Positions 1 through 10,184 of a stretch of DNA of 64,000 nt are shown here, one piece after another. Both the position numbers and the translations under genes were made by a program. The stretch is taken from NCBI GenBank assembly GCA_046050355.1, contig JBJOPW010000002.1, positions 62,028-126,027 of the forward strand. Reading direction: 5' to 3'. This DNA is from Candidatus Parcubacteria bacterium. Lineage in GTDB: Bacteria > Patescibacteriota > Minisyncoccia > Phycocordibacterales > UBA918. The notes under the pieces are model-generated. The model was not told the origin of the DNA and did not search any database. It worked only from the letters and a program-made list of their open reading frames with translations. Position 1 is the first letter of the stretch; each line of letters opens with the position of its first letter.

Positions 1-7
1 AACCGCC

Positions 8-745
8 TTAGGGAGGGTCGGTTTCAGGAGGGGCAAGTTTTGCCCAGCGTGTGATAGCATCGTCGCAATGCTTGATCGCCACTTTGTTGCCAGCATCAGC
101 TTGAGTGCGATTGCTGCTTTGGTCGAGCCACAGACGGGCGGTAGCGACCGGCAACCCCTTCTCGACTAGCCAGTCAAGACAGCCTGGGTCGACATCCACG
201 TAGATTTCAGACAGACGACTGTGGAACAGCGAGTCTGCCTGAGCGATATCCCCTCGGTCGAGGAAGATCGATACGACGAGGGTGTCGTACTGTCTACCAT
301 CCTGGTAGAAGAGAACGATCAACTCTTCCGCAGAAATGGGCGAATACTGCTCAAAAGCTTCCAAGAGCAGTTGACGGTTCTCGCCTTTGGGAAGTTTTTC
401 CCAAAGCAGCTGCGCAATTTCAAGCAGGGCTGGATTCAGAACACCGTTGATTTGCGTCAGCAGGAGTACGTCTCGGACGGGGTGGCGCAACCCACGGAAG
501 GTGGCAGGGATTCCAACCAAGTGAGCCAACTCGGCCCACTTTTCCAAGAGTGCCGCCACGACTGCGGTGAGGATGTTTGCTCGATCAGTTTCGGGCAGGT
601 TGCTCACAGCAATGTGCTGAAAAGCCCGTCGGCATGGTGTAGCTTCGTAATCCGTGAGATTCTTGAAGTCTTTGGACAGATTCCGGTCGATGCCGAAGAA
701 GTCCGTCCAGTCCTTTTGGGTGGCAGTGATTGCATCAAAGTCCAT
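8..745 (-). CDS. Hypothetical protein (orphan, helical)
   Basis: Long ORF. ATG at 745 is preceded by a GGAG SD and a TTGACG-N16-TAAGCT promoter-like element. No recognisable motif. Confidence 0.6.
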   Translation of the reverse strand: MDFDAITATQKDWTDFFGIDRNLSKDFKNLTDYEATPCRRAFQHIAVSNLPETDRANILTAVVAALLEKWAELAHLVGIPATFRGLRHPVRDVLLLTQINGVLNPALLEIAQLLWEKLPKGENRQLLLEAFEQYSPISAEELIVLFYQDGRQYDTLVVSIFLDRGDIAQADSLFHSRLSEIYVDVDPGCLDWLVEKGLPVATARLWLDQSSNRTQADAGNKVAIKHCDDAITRWAKLAPPETDPP

Positions 746-1003
746 CGTCGTCTCCAGCAAAGATCGGTGCGTGACCTACGCAGCAAGGGAACATTCCGTG
801 CCAGCTTACAATATAAACAAATCTCGTCAATGGAGAGGCGGCTACCGGAAGGAATTGGTCACAGGTTACTAAGCTTTTTATTTCGCTTTGCTCATAAAAA
901 TCTAAGTACCCGCGACCCCGCCTCGGCCGTTTTATTTCTAGAAAGAAATAAAACATGCCTGCGACTTTCAATTCCCGGACGCAAGTGATACTAATCACTT
1001 GCT

Positions 1004-1058
1004 TAGCCGCCCCAATATAAAAGACCCCAAAAAGGGGTCCTTTATATTGGGGCGGCTA
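1004..1058 (-). terminator. Long hairpin downstream of tRNA-His, overlapping its 3' end
   Basis: 25-bp arms 1004-1028 and 1034-1058 with one mismatch, 5-nt loop. Confidence 0.6.
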
Positions 1059-1123
1059 CCGGGAATTGAACCCGAATTGAGAGTTCCACAAACTCCAGTA
1101 ATAACCATTATACCATAGCCGCC
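1048..1123 (-). tRNA. tRNA-His(GUG)
   Basis: Reverse complement folds as a cloverleaf: G-1, GCGGCTA/TAGCCGC acceptor, anticodon GTG, TTCAATT T-loop, C73, encoded CCA. Confidence 0.95.
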
Positions 1124-1339
1124 AGATTGGTCACGCAAGTAGGGAGTTACTCGCGTGACCACTGTTATACCTATTTTTTCGGAAAAAGTCGAGTCCGCAA
1201 CCCGCGACTAGCTATTAGATTGATATTTTGTATACTGAAAGGTATCTATGGATCAAGAGACACTTTTAATCGCTATCTTCTTCACCTTTATGATCGGGGC
1301 GGGGATTGGTTTTTACGTGACCAAAGCCATTATTGGTGT

Positions 1340-2470
1340 ATGAGGCACTGGTTGCTCACACTGGCGACATTCCTCATCCTCTGTAGCGGCAGTAGCGTTG
1401 CCTTAGCCCAAGAAGTACACCAAGAACTCCAAGAGACAGTTCGAGCGGAGGTGCTTGAGATAGTAAAAGCCTACGACCGGGATATTATGGGTACCGGAGC
1501 GACCACCACCGTGCAGGAACTGCGCGCCAAGCTCCTCTCGGGAAGTAAGGCGGGGGAGGTGGTCCGCTTTGAAAACGACCTCATGGTCCTCGCGGTCGGG
1601 GACAAAATATTTGTTAATCGACTGGTATCAATTGAAGGTGAGGAATACTACATCTTTAAAGATATTGAACGACGACCGCAGCTCCTTATTTTGGCGGTTC
1701 TCCTTTCGGTCCTGGTGGTAGTGTTTGCCCGCTGGCAGGGGATACGGGCTATCCTCAGTCTCGCTCTCAGTGTGGTCGCTATTCTCTTTTTGTTGGTGCC
1801 GGCACTCCTTGCGGGGTACGATCCGGCGCTCGCGAGCTTTGCCATTGCAGCGGTGATTCTCGCGCTCACGCTCTTTTTGACTCATGGGTTTGGTATTTAT
1901 GTGCGGATTGCGTACTTTGGGACGATGGCGGCGGTAGGGGTTACCTGTCTCGTGGCGTGGTTCTCGGTTACGTGGCTCCACCTTACTGGCTTTAGTGCAG
2001 ACGCGTCGGTGTATCTCAACTTCGCCACCGGCGGACAGCTTGATCTTGCCGGACTCCTCCTTGGGGGGATTATCATTGGACTCTTAGGGGTGCTTGATGA
2101 TGTCTCAATTACTCAAGCCTCGGTGGTGCAGGAACTCCGCCGGGCCAACTCTACTCTTGGGGTTCGTTCGCTCTACGAACGGGGAGTGCGGGTGGGGCGC
2201 GATCATGTTGGGTCACTGGTGAATACTCTCGCACTCGCGTACGTGGGGACGGCGCTGCCGCTGGTGCTTCTCTATACCCAATCCCAAGCACCGTTCCTTG
2301 ATATTCTCAATCAAGAGGTAGTGGCCGCTGAGCTCGTGCGTATTATTGTCGGGAGTATCGGGCTCGTGCTCGCGGTGCCGTTTACTACCTTGGTGGCCGC
2401 TTACTACTTTTCACGGCATGAAATTGACAACAACTTGTCCACAACGCACAGCCATCACCATCACCATTAG
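1340..2470 (+). CDS. YibE/F family membrane protein
   Basis: Multi-TM protein with GxLDDVSITQAS and GRDHVGSLVNTLALAY motifs and a His-rich C-terminal tail. Start moved to MRHWLL. Confidence 0.85.
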   Translation: MRHWLLTLATFLILCSGSSVALAQEVHQELQETVRAEVLEIVKAYDRDIMGTGATTTVQELRAKLLSGSKAGEVVRFENDLMVLAVGDKIFVNRLVSIEGEEYYIFKDIERRPQLLILAVLLSVLVVVFARWQGIRAILSLALSVVAILFLLVPALLAGYDPALASFAIAAVILALTLFLTHGFGIYVRIAYFGTMAAVGVTCLVAWFSVTWLHLTGFSADASVYLNFATGGQLDLAGLLLGGIIIGLLGVLDDVSITQASVVQELRRANSTLGVRSLYERGVRVGRDHVGSLVNTLALAYVGTALPLVLLYTQSQAPFLDILNQEVVAAELVRIIVGSIGLVLAVPFTTLVAAYYFSRHEIDNNLSTTHSHHHHH

Positions 2471-2679
2471 ACTGTGCCCAAAACGTCCTCATACGTTGTT
2501 GCGCTTCATTCAGAAACATTCACCGTATAAAAAATACGACTCATATTTCTTCATTCACGCGCCTAGTCTGAGGGCGTTTTGAACACAGTCATTGTTAGTT
2601 GTATAGGGTTTTGTCACTTACTTAAGAAGCGTATAATAGAGGTACCTTTATTTAATCAGGGTAATTTTAATACAAAGCT

Positions 2680-3069
2680 ATGAAAGGATTTGTTGAAGAG
2701 TTCAAAGCCTTCGCCATGCGAGGCAATGTCGTCGATTTGGCAGTAGCGGTGGTTATTGGTGCAGCTTTTGGCAAGATCGTCTCATCGCTTGTCGAGAATA
2801 TTTTTATGCCAGTCATTGGTATTCTCGTCGGCGGGGTTGATTTTACTGGTTGGGCTCTCAAGGTTGGGGAGGTGAATATTGCCTATGGCGCCTTCCTGCA
2901 GAGTGTCTTTGACTTTATCATCGTGGCTTTTGTCATCTTTATGGTGGTGAAGGGTATGGCAAAGATGAAGAAGGCTGAAGAGGCGGCCCCAGCGAAGCCA
3001 GCTGAACCATCAGTCGAAGCAAAGCTCCTGATGGAAATCCGTGATAGTTTGCGTCACCACCACAACTAA
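2680..3069 (+). CDS. mscL: Large-conductance mechanosensitive channel
   Basis: [21 protein letters not shown] and LLMEIRD motifs. Confidence 0.97.
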   Translation: MKGFVEEFKAFAMRGNVVDLAVAVVIGAAFGKIVSSLVENIFMPVIGILVGGVDFTGWALKVGEVNIAYGAFLQSVFDFIIVAFVIFMVVKGMAKMKKAEEAAPAKPAEPSVEAKLLMEIRDSLRHHHN

Positions 3070-3123
3070 TTAAATGGAATACTCTCAGTAAGGAGTATTG
3101 CCACTATAACGGTATAAAACGTA

Positions 3124-3158
3124 CAAATCGAGTGTCCAACCGGTCACTCGATTTGTTT
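3124..3158 (+). terminator. Intrinsic terminator after mscL
   Basis: acaaatcgagtg/cactcgatttgt inverted repeat followed by a T-rich run. Confidence 0.65.
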
Positions 3159-3210
3159 GTCTCTCTCGCCAAAGTCATAAAACAGTTCTGCAATACGGAC
3201 TGTCCACTAG

Positions 3211-3219
3211 TTATCCACA
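3211..3219 (+). promoter_or_regulatory. Perfect DnaA box upstream of nrdBA
   Basis: TTATCCACA. Single site, function inferred. Confidence 0.4.
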
Positions 3220-3558
3220 TTTAGGGAGTGACCTAAACTAATCGAGCTATATTTTTCAAGCTTTTCTTCGAAAAGACTCGTCTTTTTACAAGACACCAAA
3301 ACCACACTATGATAGAGATACCGCACGAGTTCTCCAATCGTGCGTGTCGGGGTAATAGACACGCCACGGGCACGCCAATTTTTATGACGTGAACATTGGC
3401 CAGCATGTTCTGGTGTGTCTTTATTTCCCTCAGGTTCTTTACTAAACCCAATCGACTCATTGTATTGTAGTTAGCCGCTCACAAGAAGAGAGTACCACCA
3501 CAGATTGTGTTTGGATGAGAATAATTTATTACCGCTGTCGCCTAACTGTTGTTGTGAT

Positions 3559-4872
3559 ATGGAAATTAAGCAGATAAAAAAGCGTGATGGTTCAATTAAG
3601 CCATTTGATATTGGCAAGATCGAGCACGCCATCCTCATGGCTCTCTCGGAGACTAATGCTGGGGGGGTGGAGGATGCCAAAAAAGTCGCGACATTGGTTC
3701 ACCAAAAAGTAGTATCAATGTGTGTGCAGGCTGGTACGGCTGAAAATGGAGACCCAAAAGCTCAGAAGTGTATCGATGGCTACCCAACGGTAGAAGAGAT
3801 CCAAGACCTGGTCGAAGCGTCTCTGATGGAGCTCAATTACTTTGATACCGCTAAGGCGTACATCATTTATCGCAATGAACGCAAGAAGATGCGCGAGCGC
3901 GATATCTTCCGCAAGCGTCAGAACTTGAAACCCTACGAGTACCCTGAGCTTTACGAGTATGTCGATGCCATTCGTCACTCCTACTGGGTACATACCGAAT
4001 TTAACTTCACCGGCGATGTGCAGCATTTCCATGTGAATGTGAATGATGCCGAGCGTAATGCCATCAAGAACACCATGCTCGCCATCGCGCAGATTGAAGT
4101 AGCGGTGAAGAGTTTCTGGGGGGACATCTACAAAAAGATGCCAAAGCCAGAAATTGGGGCAGTGGGATCGACGTTTGCTGAGTCAGAGATTCGTCACACT
4201 GATGCCTACTCACACCTGCTTGAAATCCTTGGGCTCAACAACGAGTTTGCAAAGATTAAAGATATTCCGGTGATTCAGCAGCGGATGGACTACCTTGATA
4301 AGGTGGCAGAACTCTCGCGCACCCAGGAGAATCGCGAGTACGCCCATGCCATCATGCTCTTCTCGCTCTTTATTGAGCACGTGTCACTGTTCTCACAGTT
4401 CCTTATTATGATGTCGTTTAACAAGCACAAGAACTTGTTTAAGGGTATCAGTAATGCGGTTGAGGCGACGAGTAAAGAAGAAAACCTGCATGGTCTCTTC
4501 GGTATTGACGTCATTAACATTATCAAAGAAGAGCATCCAGAGTGGTTTGATAAGGCCATGCAGGAAGCTATCCTCAAGGCCTGTGAAGAAGCCTATGAAG
4601 CTGAAAGCCGTGTGGTGGACTGGATCTTCGAAGCTGGAGAATTGGACTTTTTGCCGTCACAGAACGTCAAGGAGTTTATCAAGAATCGTCTCAATAACTC
4701 GCTTGCAGCGATTGGCATGCCTCGGCACTTTGAGGTGAGTGAGGCCCTCCTTGAAGAAACTGATTGGTTTGACAATGAAGTGATTGCCACGAAGCATGTC
4801 GACTTCTTTGATAAGCGTTCAATCAATTACAACAAACGCGCCGCCAGTGTTACCAGTGAAGATTTATTCTAG
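3559..4872 (+). CDS. nrdB: Class I ribonucleotide reductase beta subunit with N-terminal ATP-cone (class Id-like)
   Basis: ATP-cone IKKRDG...KIEHAI...VEEIQDLVE. Ferritin-like ligands QIEVAVK, EIRH..Y, IEH and EENLH. Confidence 0.93.
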   Translation: MEIKQIKKRDGSIKPFDIGKIEHAILMALSETNAGGVEDAKKVATLVHQKVVSMCVQAGTAENGDPKAQKCIDGYPTVEEIQDLVEASLMELNYFDTAKAYIIYRNERKKMRERDIFRKRQNLKPYEYPELYEYVDAIRHSYWVHTEFNFTGDVQHFHVNVNDAERNAIKNTMLAIAQIEVAVKSFWGDIYKKMPKPEIGAVGSTFAESEIRHTDAYSHLLEILGLNNEFAKIKDIPVIQQRMDYLDKVAELSRTQENREYAHAIMLFSLFIEHVSLFSQFLIMMSFNKHKNLFKGISNAVEATSKEENLHGLFGIDVINIIKEEHPEWFDKAMQEAILKACEEAYEAESRVVDWIFEAGELDFLPSQNVKEFIKNRLNNSLAAIGMPRHFEVSEALLEETDWFDNEVIATKHVDFFDKRSINYNKRAASVTSEDLF

Positions 4873-4902
4873 TTTGTCGCGCAGCTGACTTAATTTCCGT
4901 TT

Positions 4903-6591
4903 ATGCAAAAGAATGTACCGTGGAGTTGGATTAATGAAAATACGCGTGCGTTCATGTCACGTGGCTACCTCGTTGATGGACAGACGACCGAAGAACGAGT
5001 GCGGGCGATTGGTGAACATGCCGAAAAAATCCTCGGCCAAAAAGGCTTTGCGGATAAGTTCGAAAAGTACATGAGTCTCGGATGGATTTCACTCGCAACG
5101 CCGGTCTGGGCGAACTTTGGCCTTAAGCGCGGGCTTCCTATCAGTTGCTTCGGTTCATACGTAGCTGATGATATGGCGAATATTCTCCATACTCAGGCCG
5201 AGGTAGGCATGATGAGTAAGTACGGTGGGGGATGTTCTGCCTACTTTGGTGACCTTCGCCCGCGGGGGAGTGAAATTACCCAAAACGGTAATTCCTCTGG
5301 CCCGGTGCATTTTATGCAACTCTTTGAAAAGATTCTTGATGTGGTGAGTCAGGGGGCGACCCGCCGTGGTGTGTTTGCTGCCTACTTACCAGTCGAGCAT
5401 CCCGATATCCTCGAATTCCTCGATATTGGTACCGAAGGTAACCCGATTCAAAAAATTAACCATGCGGTCACTGTCACTAATAAGTGGATGGAAGAGATGG
5501 TGGCCGGTGACGCCGACAAGCGCGCTATCTGGGCCAAGGTTATTCAGCGGCGTGGTGAAATTGGGTATCCGTATATTATCTTTATTGATAATGCGAACGA
5601 TGGTAAGCCAGAAGTCTACAAGGACAAAAATCTCCCGATCTACGCGAGTAATGTTTGTAGTGAGATTATGTTGCCAAGTAATCGTGATTGGTCATTTGTG
5701 TGCTGTCTCTCGTCTATCAACATCATGCACTACGATGATTGGAAGGATACTGATTTGGTGGAAACGATGACGTATTTCCTGGAAGCAGTCATGACCGAGT
5801 TCATAAATAAACTCGAAGCCATGCGTGATCACGAAGATGCTGATAAGCGTCTCGCATTTCGGTTTATGGAACGACCGTACAACTTTGCGGTCGCGAACCG
5901 TGCGCTTGGCCTTGGAGTACTTGGGTACCACTCGTATTTGCAGTCCAAAGGCCTCGCTTTTGAAAGTGATGAAGCGGGTCGCCTGAATACCGAAATCTTC
6001 AAGCTCATGCAAGAGCGATCACTCAAGGCATCAGCCGAGATGGCCAAAGAAATTGGCGAACCAGAGATTCTCAAAGGGTATGGTCGCCGTCATACGACGA
6101 CGATGGCGATTGCGCCAACTACTTCGTCAGCCTTTATTCTCGGGCAGGTGTCACAGGGTATTGAGCCGATTTGGTCTAACTGCTACATCAAGGATGTAGC
6201 GAAGCTCAAGGTGGTGATTAAGAACCCAACTCTCGAAACACTACTTGAAGCTAAGGATAAAAACACCAAAGAAGTCTGGGATAGTATTCGTGATAATGAC
6301 GGGTCGGTCCAACATCTCGATTTCCTTAGTGAAGATGAAAAGGCCGTCTTCCGTACATTTGCGGAGATTGATCAGGGTAAGCTTATTGAGCATGCCGCCG
6401 AACGCCAGCAGTACATTGATCAAGGCCAGTCACTAAACGTGATGGTGGCGCCCGATACGCCAGTGAAGGAGATCAACCAGCTCTACCTCAAGGCATGGAA
6501 GCAGGGTTGCAAAGCGCTCTACTACCAACACAGTATGAATGCTGCGCAGCAGCTGACCCGCAAGAAGATTCAGGAACGAGCCAATAAATAA
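4903..6591 (+). CDS. nrdA: Class I ribonucleotide reductase alpha subunit, no ATP-cone
   Basis: PISCF, SNVCSEI (NxCxE), VCCLSS, AIAPTTSS, QYIDQGQS and LYY motifs. Confidence 0.95.
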   Translation: MQKNVPWSWINENTRAFMSRGYLVDGQTTEERVRAIGEHAEKILGQKGFADKFEKYMSLGWISLATPVWANFGLKRGLPISCFGSYVADDMANILHTQAEVGMMSKYGGGCSAYFGDLRPRGSEITQNGNSSGPVHFMQLFEKILDVVSQGATRRGVFAAYLPVEHPDILEFLDIGTEGNPIQKINHAVTVTNKWMEEMVAGDADKRAIWAKVIQRRGEIGYPYIIFIDNANDGKPEVYKDKNLPIYASNVCSEIMLPSNRDWSFVCCLSSINIMHYDDWKDTDLVETMTYFLEAVMTEFINKLEAMRDHEDADKRLAFRFMERPYNFAVANRALGLGVLGYHSYLQSKGLAFESDEAGRLNTEIFKLMQERSLKASAEMAKEIGEPEILKGYGRRHTTTMAIAPTTSSAFILGQVSQGIEPIWSNCYIKDVAKLKVVIKNPTLETLLEAKDKNTKEVWDSIRDNDGSVQHLDFLSEDEKAVFRTFAEIDQGKLIEHAAERQQYIDQGQSLNVMVAPDTPVKEINQLYLKAWKQGCKALYYQHSMNAAQQLTRKKIQERANK

Positions 6592-6643
6592 TGAATCGAA
6601 AAGATGGAGTATTGAAAAGGGATAGAGAAAATGAAAAAGGTAT

Positions 6644-6679
6644 AAAACAGCCAGAAAGCAAAGCTTTCTGGCTGTTTTA
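6644..6679 (+). terminator. Intrinsic terminator after nrdA
   Basis: aaaacagccagaaagc/gctttctggctgtttt inverted repeat. Confidence 0.75.
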
Positions 6680-6919
6680 TATGTTGCAATTCCATTTCCA
6701 ATTTTCCATAATTAATACGGTGGATATGTACCCTCGACGTTCGATAGGCTCATGTATGATAGAGGGTAAGGAGTAAGCGATATTGGGCAGGGACTATGTT
6801 TCGCGACGACATGGTCCCCGCCGAGCATCGCTTTTTCTTATGGTCGAATGCAGCCTGGCTTAGCGTAGAAATGGTTGTGATACCTAGAGCTTTATTGCCA
6901 ATTTTGTATAATAACCAAT

Positions 6920-7858
6920 ATGTTACGTCTGTTAGCGGTGTTGCTCATCTGTTCGTTGGCACTATATTGGTATGCGGCGGTGGGTATGGTCTGTCCGGCT
7001 CCTTTGACATACCAGATCAATCAGCAAATCGATGAACGTTTTGGTATTACAGCAACTGAGCTCGAAGAGGCAACGGAAAAAGCAATTGGTATCTGGGAGA
7101 CCGCGTCAGGACGTGAACTTTTTACGCTAGCGACCAGTAAGGATGTCGAGGTTACTATCAACCTCGTATTTGACGACCGACAGGCCGCCTTGCTAGCAGA
7201 AGAGACAATCAGGGAGTCTTTAACTCATAAAGAAATGAGCTCAGTACAACTCCAAGAAACCTATGACTCCTTGGTGGCGGAATACCAAACAGCCAAGCAG
7301 ACACATGAGGCACATGTGGCTGCATACGAAGATCGACTGGCAGCCCATAATGCGCTTGTGGCAACCTACAATGAAGCTGGTGGGGTGCCAGAGGCAGAGT
7401 ATGCGGCCTTACAAAAAGCCGAGAGTGCCCTCGCTCGTGAGGCAGACACCCTCGAAAGCGAAACCGAGCGACTCAACAATCTAGCGCGCGAGATTAATAG
7501 TGTCGGTGAAAGAGGTAACCAAATCATCCGTCAATATAATGAAGGCGTCACCACGTACAATGAACGTTTTGGTGCCGCTGAAGAGTTTACGGAGGGTGAC
7601 TATCAAAATGGACAAATCAATATTTATACCTTTAAAAATAAGGATGAATTAGTTAAGGTGTTGGCTCATGAGTTTGGTCACGCGCTCTCTATCCCTCACG
7701 TTGAGGGAAGTGAATCCGTCATGTATTATTTACTTGAGGATCAACCGACGCCTCTCACCCTTTCTGCTGAGGACACGGCCGCTCTCGTGACGGTATGTGG
7801 CAACACTGGCAGTGTGGGGACGCAGGTTCGTACACTCATTAATCGTTATATTATTTAG
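6920..7858 (+). CDS. Membrane-anchored matrixin-like (metzincin) metalloprotease with coiled-coil insert
   Basis: N-terminal TM/signal, HEFGHALSIPH zinc motif, SVMY Met-turn. Confidence 0.85.
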   Translation: MLRLLAVLLICSLALYWYAAVGMVCPAPLTYQINQQIDERFGITATELEEATEKAIGIWETASGRELFTLATSKDVEVTINLVFDDRQAALLAEETIRESLTHKEMSSVQLQETYDSLVAEYQTAKQTHEAHVAAYEDRLAAHNALVATYNEAGGVPEAEYAALQKAESALAREADTLESETERLNNLAREINSVGERGNQIIRQYNEGVTTYNERFGAAEEFTEGDYQNGQINIYTFKNKDELVKVLAHEFGHALSIPHVEGSESVMYYLLEDQPTPLTLSAEDTAALVTVCGNTGSVGTQVRTLINRYII

Positions 7859-7861
7859 TTT

Positions 7862-8650
7862 ATGAATAGTCTATTTAGCTCAGCTATCAATCGCACATTG
7901 GCAACCTTGGTGTTGGTTGGTGTTGTTATTGCTCTTGGTAGTTATGCGTACGTCACACTCAAGAATGCTGGTGGTTGGGTGGGTCCAACCACCATCAACG
8001 TGGTTGGCAATGGAGAAGTAACAGCCGTACCAGATATTGCCACGTTCTCTTTTTCGGTTAAAGCTGAGGGCGCCGATGCTGCTACCGCTCAGGCTAAGTC
8101 TGCTGAAGCCATGAAGGCAGTCAATGACTACCTCAAAGGGGAAGGAGTAGAAGAAAAAGATATAAAAACTACCGGTTATAATCTCAATCCAAAGTACTCC
8201 TATGAAGAGCGACCATGTGCCATGGGTATGTGGTGTCCACCAGGTGAGCAGAAGATGAATGGCTTTGAGGTCTACCAGACCGTTACCGTTAAGGTTCGAG
8301 ATACTGCTAAGGCTGGGAATCTTCTAACTGGAGTTGGTGAGAAAGGAGCCACTGATATTAGTGGGCTTGGCTTCACTATTGATAATGAAGAAGAATCGAA
8401 AGCTAAAGCGCGTGAGTTGGCGATCAAAGATGCCAAGGCACAAGCAGAAGCTCTCGCTACACAACTGGGTGTCCGATTGGTCGAAATGACTGGTTACTAT
8501 GAAGAGTCACCATATAATCCATCACCATACTATGGTATGGGTGGTGATATGGCCATGTCGGCGAAGGCTGAAATGGCACCAGCAGCTGATGTACCGATGG
8601 GTGAAAATACGATTACGAGTCGAGTCAATTTGACCTACCGAGTACGGTAA
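7862..8650 (+). CDS. SIMPL/DUF541 domain protein
   Basis: GNGEVTAVPDIATFSFSV and ARELAIKDAKAQAEALA..LGV signatures, N-terminal TM. Confidence 0.88.
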   Translation: MNSLFSSAINRTLATLVLVGVVIALGSYAYVTLKNAGGWVGPTTINVVGNGEVTAVPDIATFSFSVKAEGADAATAQAKSAEAMKAVNDYLKGEGVEEKDIKTTGYNLNPKYSYEERPCAMGMWCPPGEQKMNGFEVYQTVTVKVRDTAKAGNLLTGVGEKGATDISGLGFTIDNEEESKAKARELAIKDAKAQAEALATQLGVRLVEMTGYYEESPYNPSPYYGMGGDMAMSAKAEMAPAADVPMGENTITSRVNLTYRVR

Positions 8651-8676
8651 CAATATCCCCTAGACAGGACACAGAG

Positions 8677-8706
8677 AACAAAAGACCCAAAAAGGGTCTT
8701 TTGTTT
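8677..8706 (+). terminator. Intrinsic terminator
   Basis: aacaaaagaccc/gggtcttttgtt inverted repeat. Confidence 0.7.
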
Positions 8707-8806
8707 AATTGTTTGACACCCTCACAATTGGGGAGTATAGTGTAGTCAAATCGCCACCCGAGGCGTTTTTATTTTGACCAGTCATTAGTAATATATACAT
8801 CTATCT

Positions 8807-8995
8807 ATGGAACGTTTCTCGCGCTATATTCGCGCAACAATCGCTGAGATGAAGCATGTGAAGTGGCCTAGTCGTCGTCAGGCAACAGTATACACCGCCT
8901 TGGTACTGGGTATTTCAGCGGTAGTGATGACCTTTGTGTCGTTAGCAGACTTTGTCTTTACTTCCGGTATCGACTTTATTGTTAACCGTATCTAA
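8807..8995 (+). CDS. secE: Preprotein translocase SecE
   Basis: EMKHVKWPS motif, single TM, directly upstream of nusG. Confidence 0.93.
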   Translation: MERFSRYIRATIAEMKHVKWPSRRQATVYTALVLGISAVVMTFVSLADFVFTSGIDFIVNRI

Positions 8996-9000
8996 TTCCT

Positions 9001-9546
9001 ATGGCCAAACAACATTCAACCGGTGAGCGTCGCTGGTACGCCATTCATACTTATTCCGGGTATGAAAACGCGGTTGCGCGTAATCTCCGTCAGCGTATTG
9101 ATTCTCTCAATATGCAGGACAAAATCTTTGATGTCGTCGTTCCGTCAGAGAAGAAGATCCGTGTCAAAGGTGGTAAGCGAGTGACTGAAGAAGAAAATTT
9201 GTTTCCAGGGTATGTACTGGTCGAGATGATTGTTGATGATGAATCATGGTATGTCGTTCGGAACACGCCTCGGGTAACGGGCTTTGTGGGATCAGGTACT
9301 CAACCAGTCCCACTCTCAGACGCTGAATACCGCGCGCTCGTGCGCCAGATGTCTGATGATACACCAACTCACAAAGTTGATCTCTCGGCTGGAGATATGG
9401 TTATTATTGCGGATGGTCCATTTAAGGATCTCGAAGGTAAAGTGGGTGAGGTCGACGAGAAGTCAGGTAAGGTAAAGGTCTTGGTGGCTATGTTCGGGCG
9501 CGAGACACCGGTTGAACTCGACTTTCTCCAGATCAAGAAGGTGTAA
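9001..9546 (+). CDS. nusG: Transcription factor NusG
   Basis: WYAIHTYSGYE, FPGYVLVEM, KOW motif GPF..G, FGRETPVELDF. Confidence 0.98.
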   Translation: MAKQHSTGERRWYAIHTYSGYENAVARNLRQRIDSLNMQDKIFDVVVPSEKKIRVKGGKRVTEEENLFPGYVLVEMIVDDESWYVVRNTPRVTGFVGSGTQPVPLSDAEYRALVRQMSDDTPTHKVDLSAGDMVIIADGPFKDLEGKVGEVDEKSGKVKVLVAMFGRETPVELDFLQIKKV

Positions 9547-9679
9547 GGCTGCGTTCACTTTGGGAGTAAAATATTCCGTGTCGACACTGCCAAGCGAATG
9601 CAAAACGCACAGAAAGCCACCGGTAGCAAACCCGGTGGCTTTCGCCATTTTACAAAACTACACTTCATGGTATAATCAA

Positions 9680-10068
9680 GAAACGCGGATGGTTGCGAAT
9701 TCGAGTTGTGTAATTACCATCTCGAGTTTGAGGAAAGTCCGGACACAGCGTCAATAGAAATATTGTCGAGACAGGTAGTGGGTAATACCCATCCTGAGCA
9801 ATCAGCGAGGTGCGAGCAGAGACGCCCGCGGCGAAAGCCAACGGCTACCCACCAGGGTAGAGCTTGTATGGCAACATACAAGGTGAAACGGCTAAATCCT
9901 TACCCCTGTGCAAGGCCGTGCCGAGCACGTAGTCTGGATACATAATCTCTATGATTACATTTCAGACTACGTGCTTGGAGAGCTGCAAGAGGTGATCAGT
10001 AATGATCATCCCAGGTATATAACCATCTCGAGCCAATGGCTCGAACAGAATCCGGCTTACAGCGTATC
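9680..10068 (+). ncRNA. rnpB: RNase P RNA
   Basis: Conserved GAGGAAAGTCCGG near the 5' end and AACAGAATCCGGCTTA near the 3' end. TGgTATAAT promoter at 9668-9676. Confidence 0.92.
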
Positions 10069-10140
10069 AAACACTCCCTTAGGGGAGTTTTTGATTGCTA
10101 CAATTACATCACTTTAACCATACTTTGTGTCTAGAGTTAT

Positions 10141-10178
10141 TTGACATGTAGCTACATTAGTATATTATTGTAGCTACA
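10141..10178 (+). promoter_or_regulatory. Sigma70 promoter with two palindromic operators (TGTAGCTACA) for the TA pair
   Basis: TTGACA at 10141-10146, TATTAT at 10163-10168, palindromes at 10147-10156 and 10169-10178. Confidence 0.8.
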
Positions 10179-10184
10179 ACTGGT

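Noticed and set aside
221-988. 255-aa plus-strand ORF
   Set aside because: Antisense shadow of the minus-strand ORF, which has SD and promoter support. No motif.
3230-3558. NrdR boxes upstream of nrdB
   Set aside because: Only weak partial matches and no convincing tandem pair.
9512-10117. Short ORFs after nusG
   Set aside because: They overlap the RNase P RNA gene and terminator.
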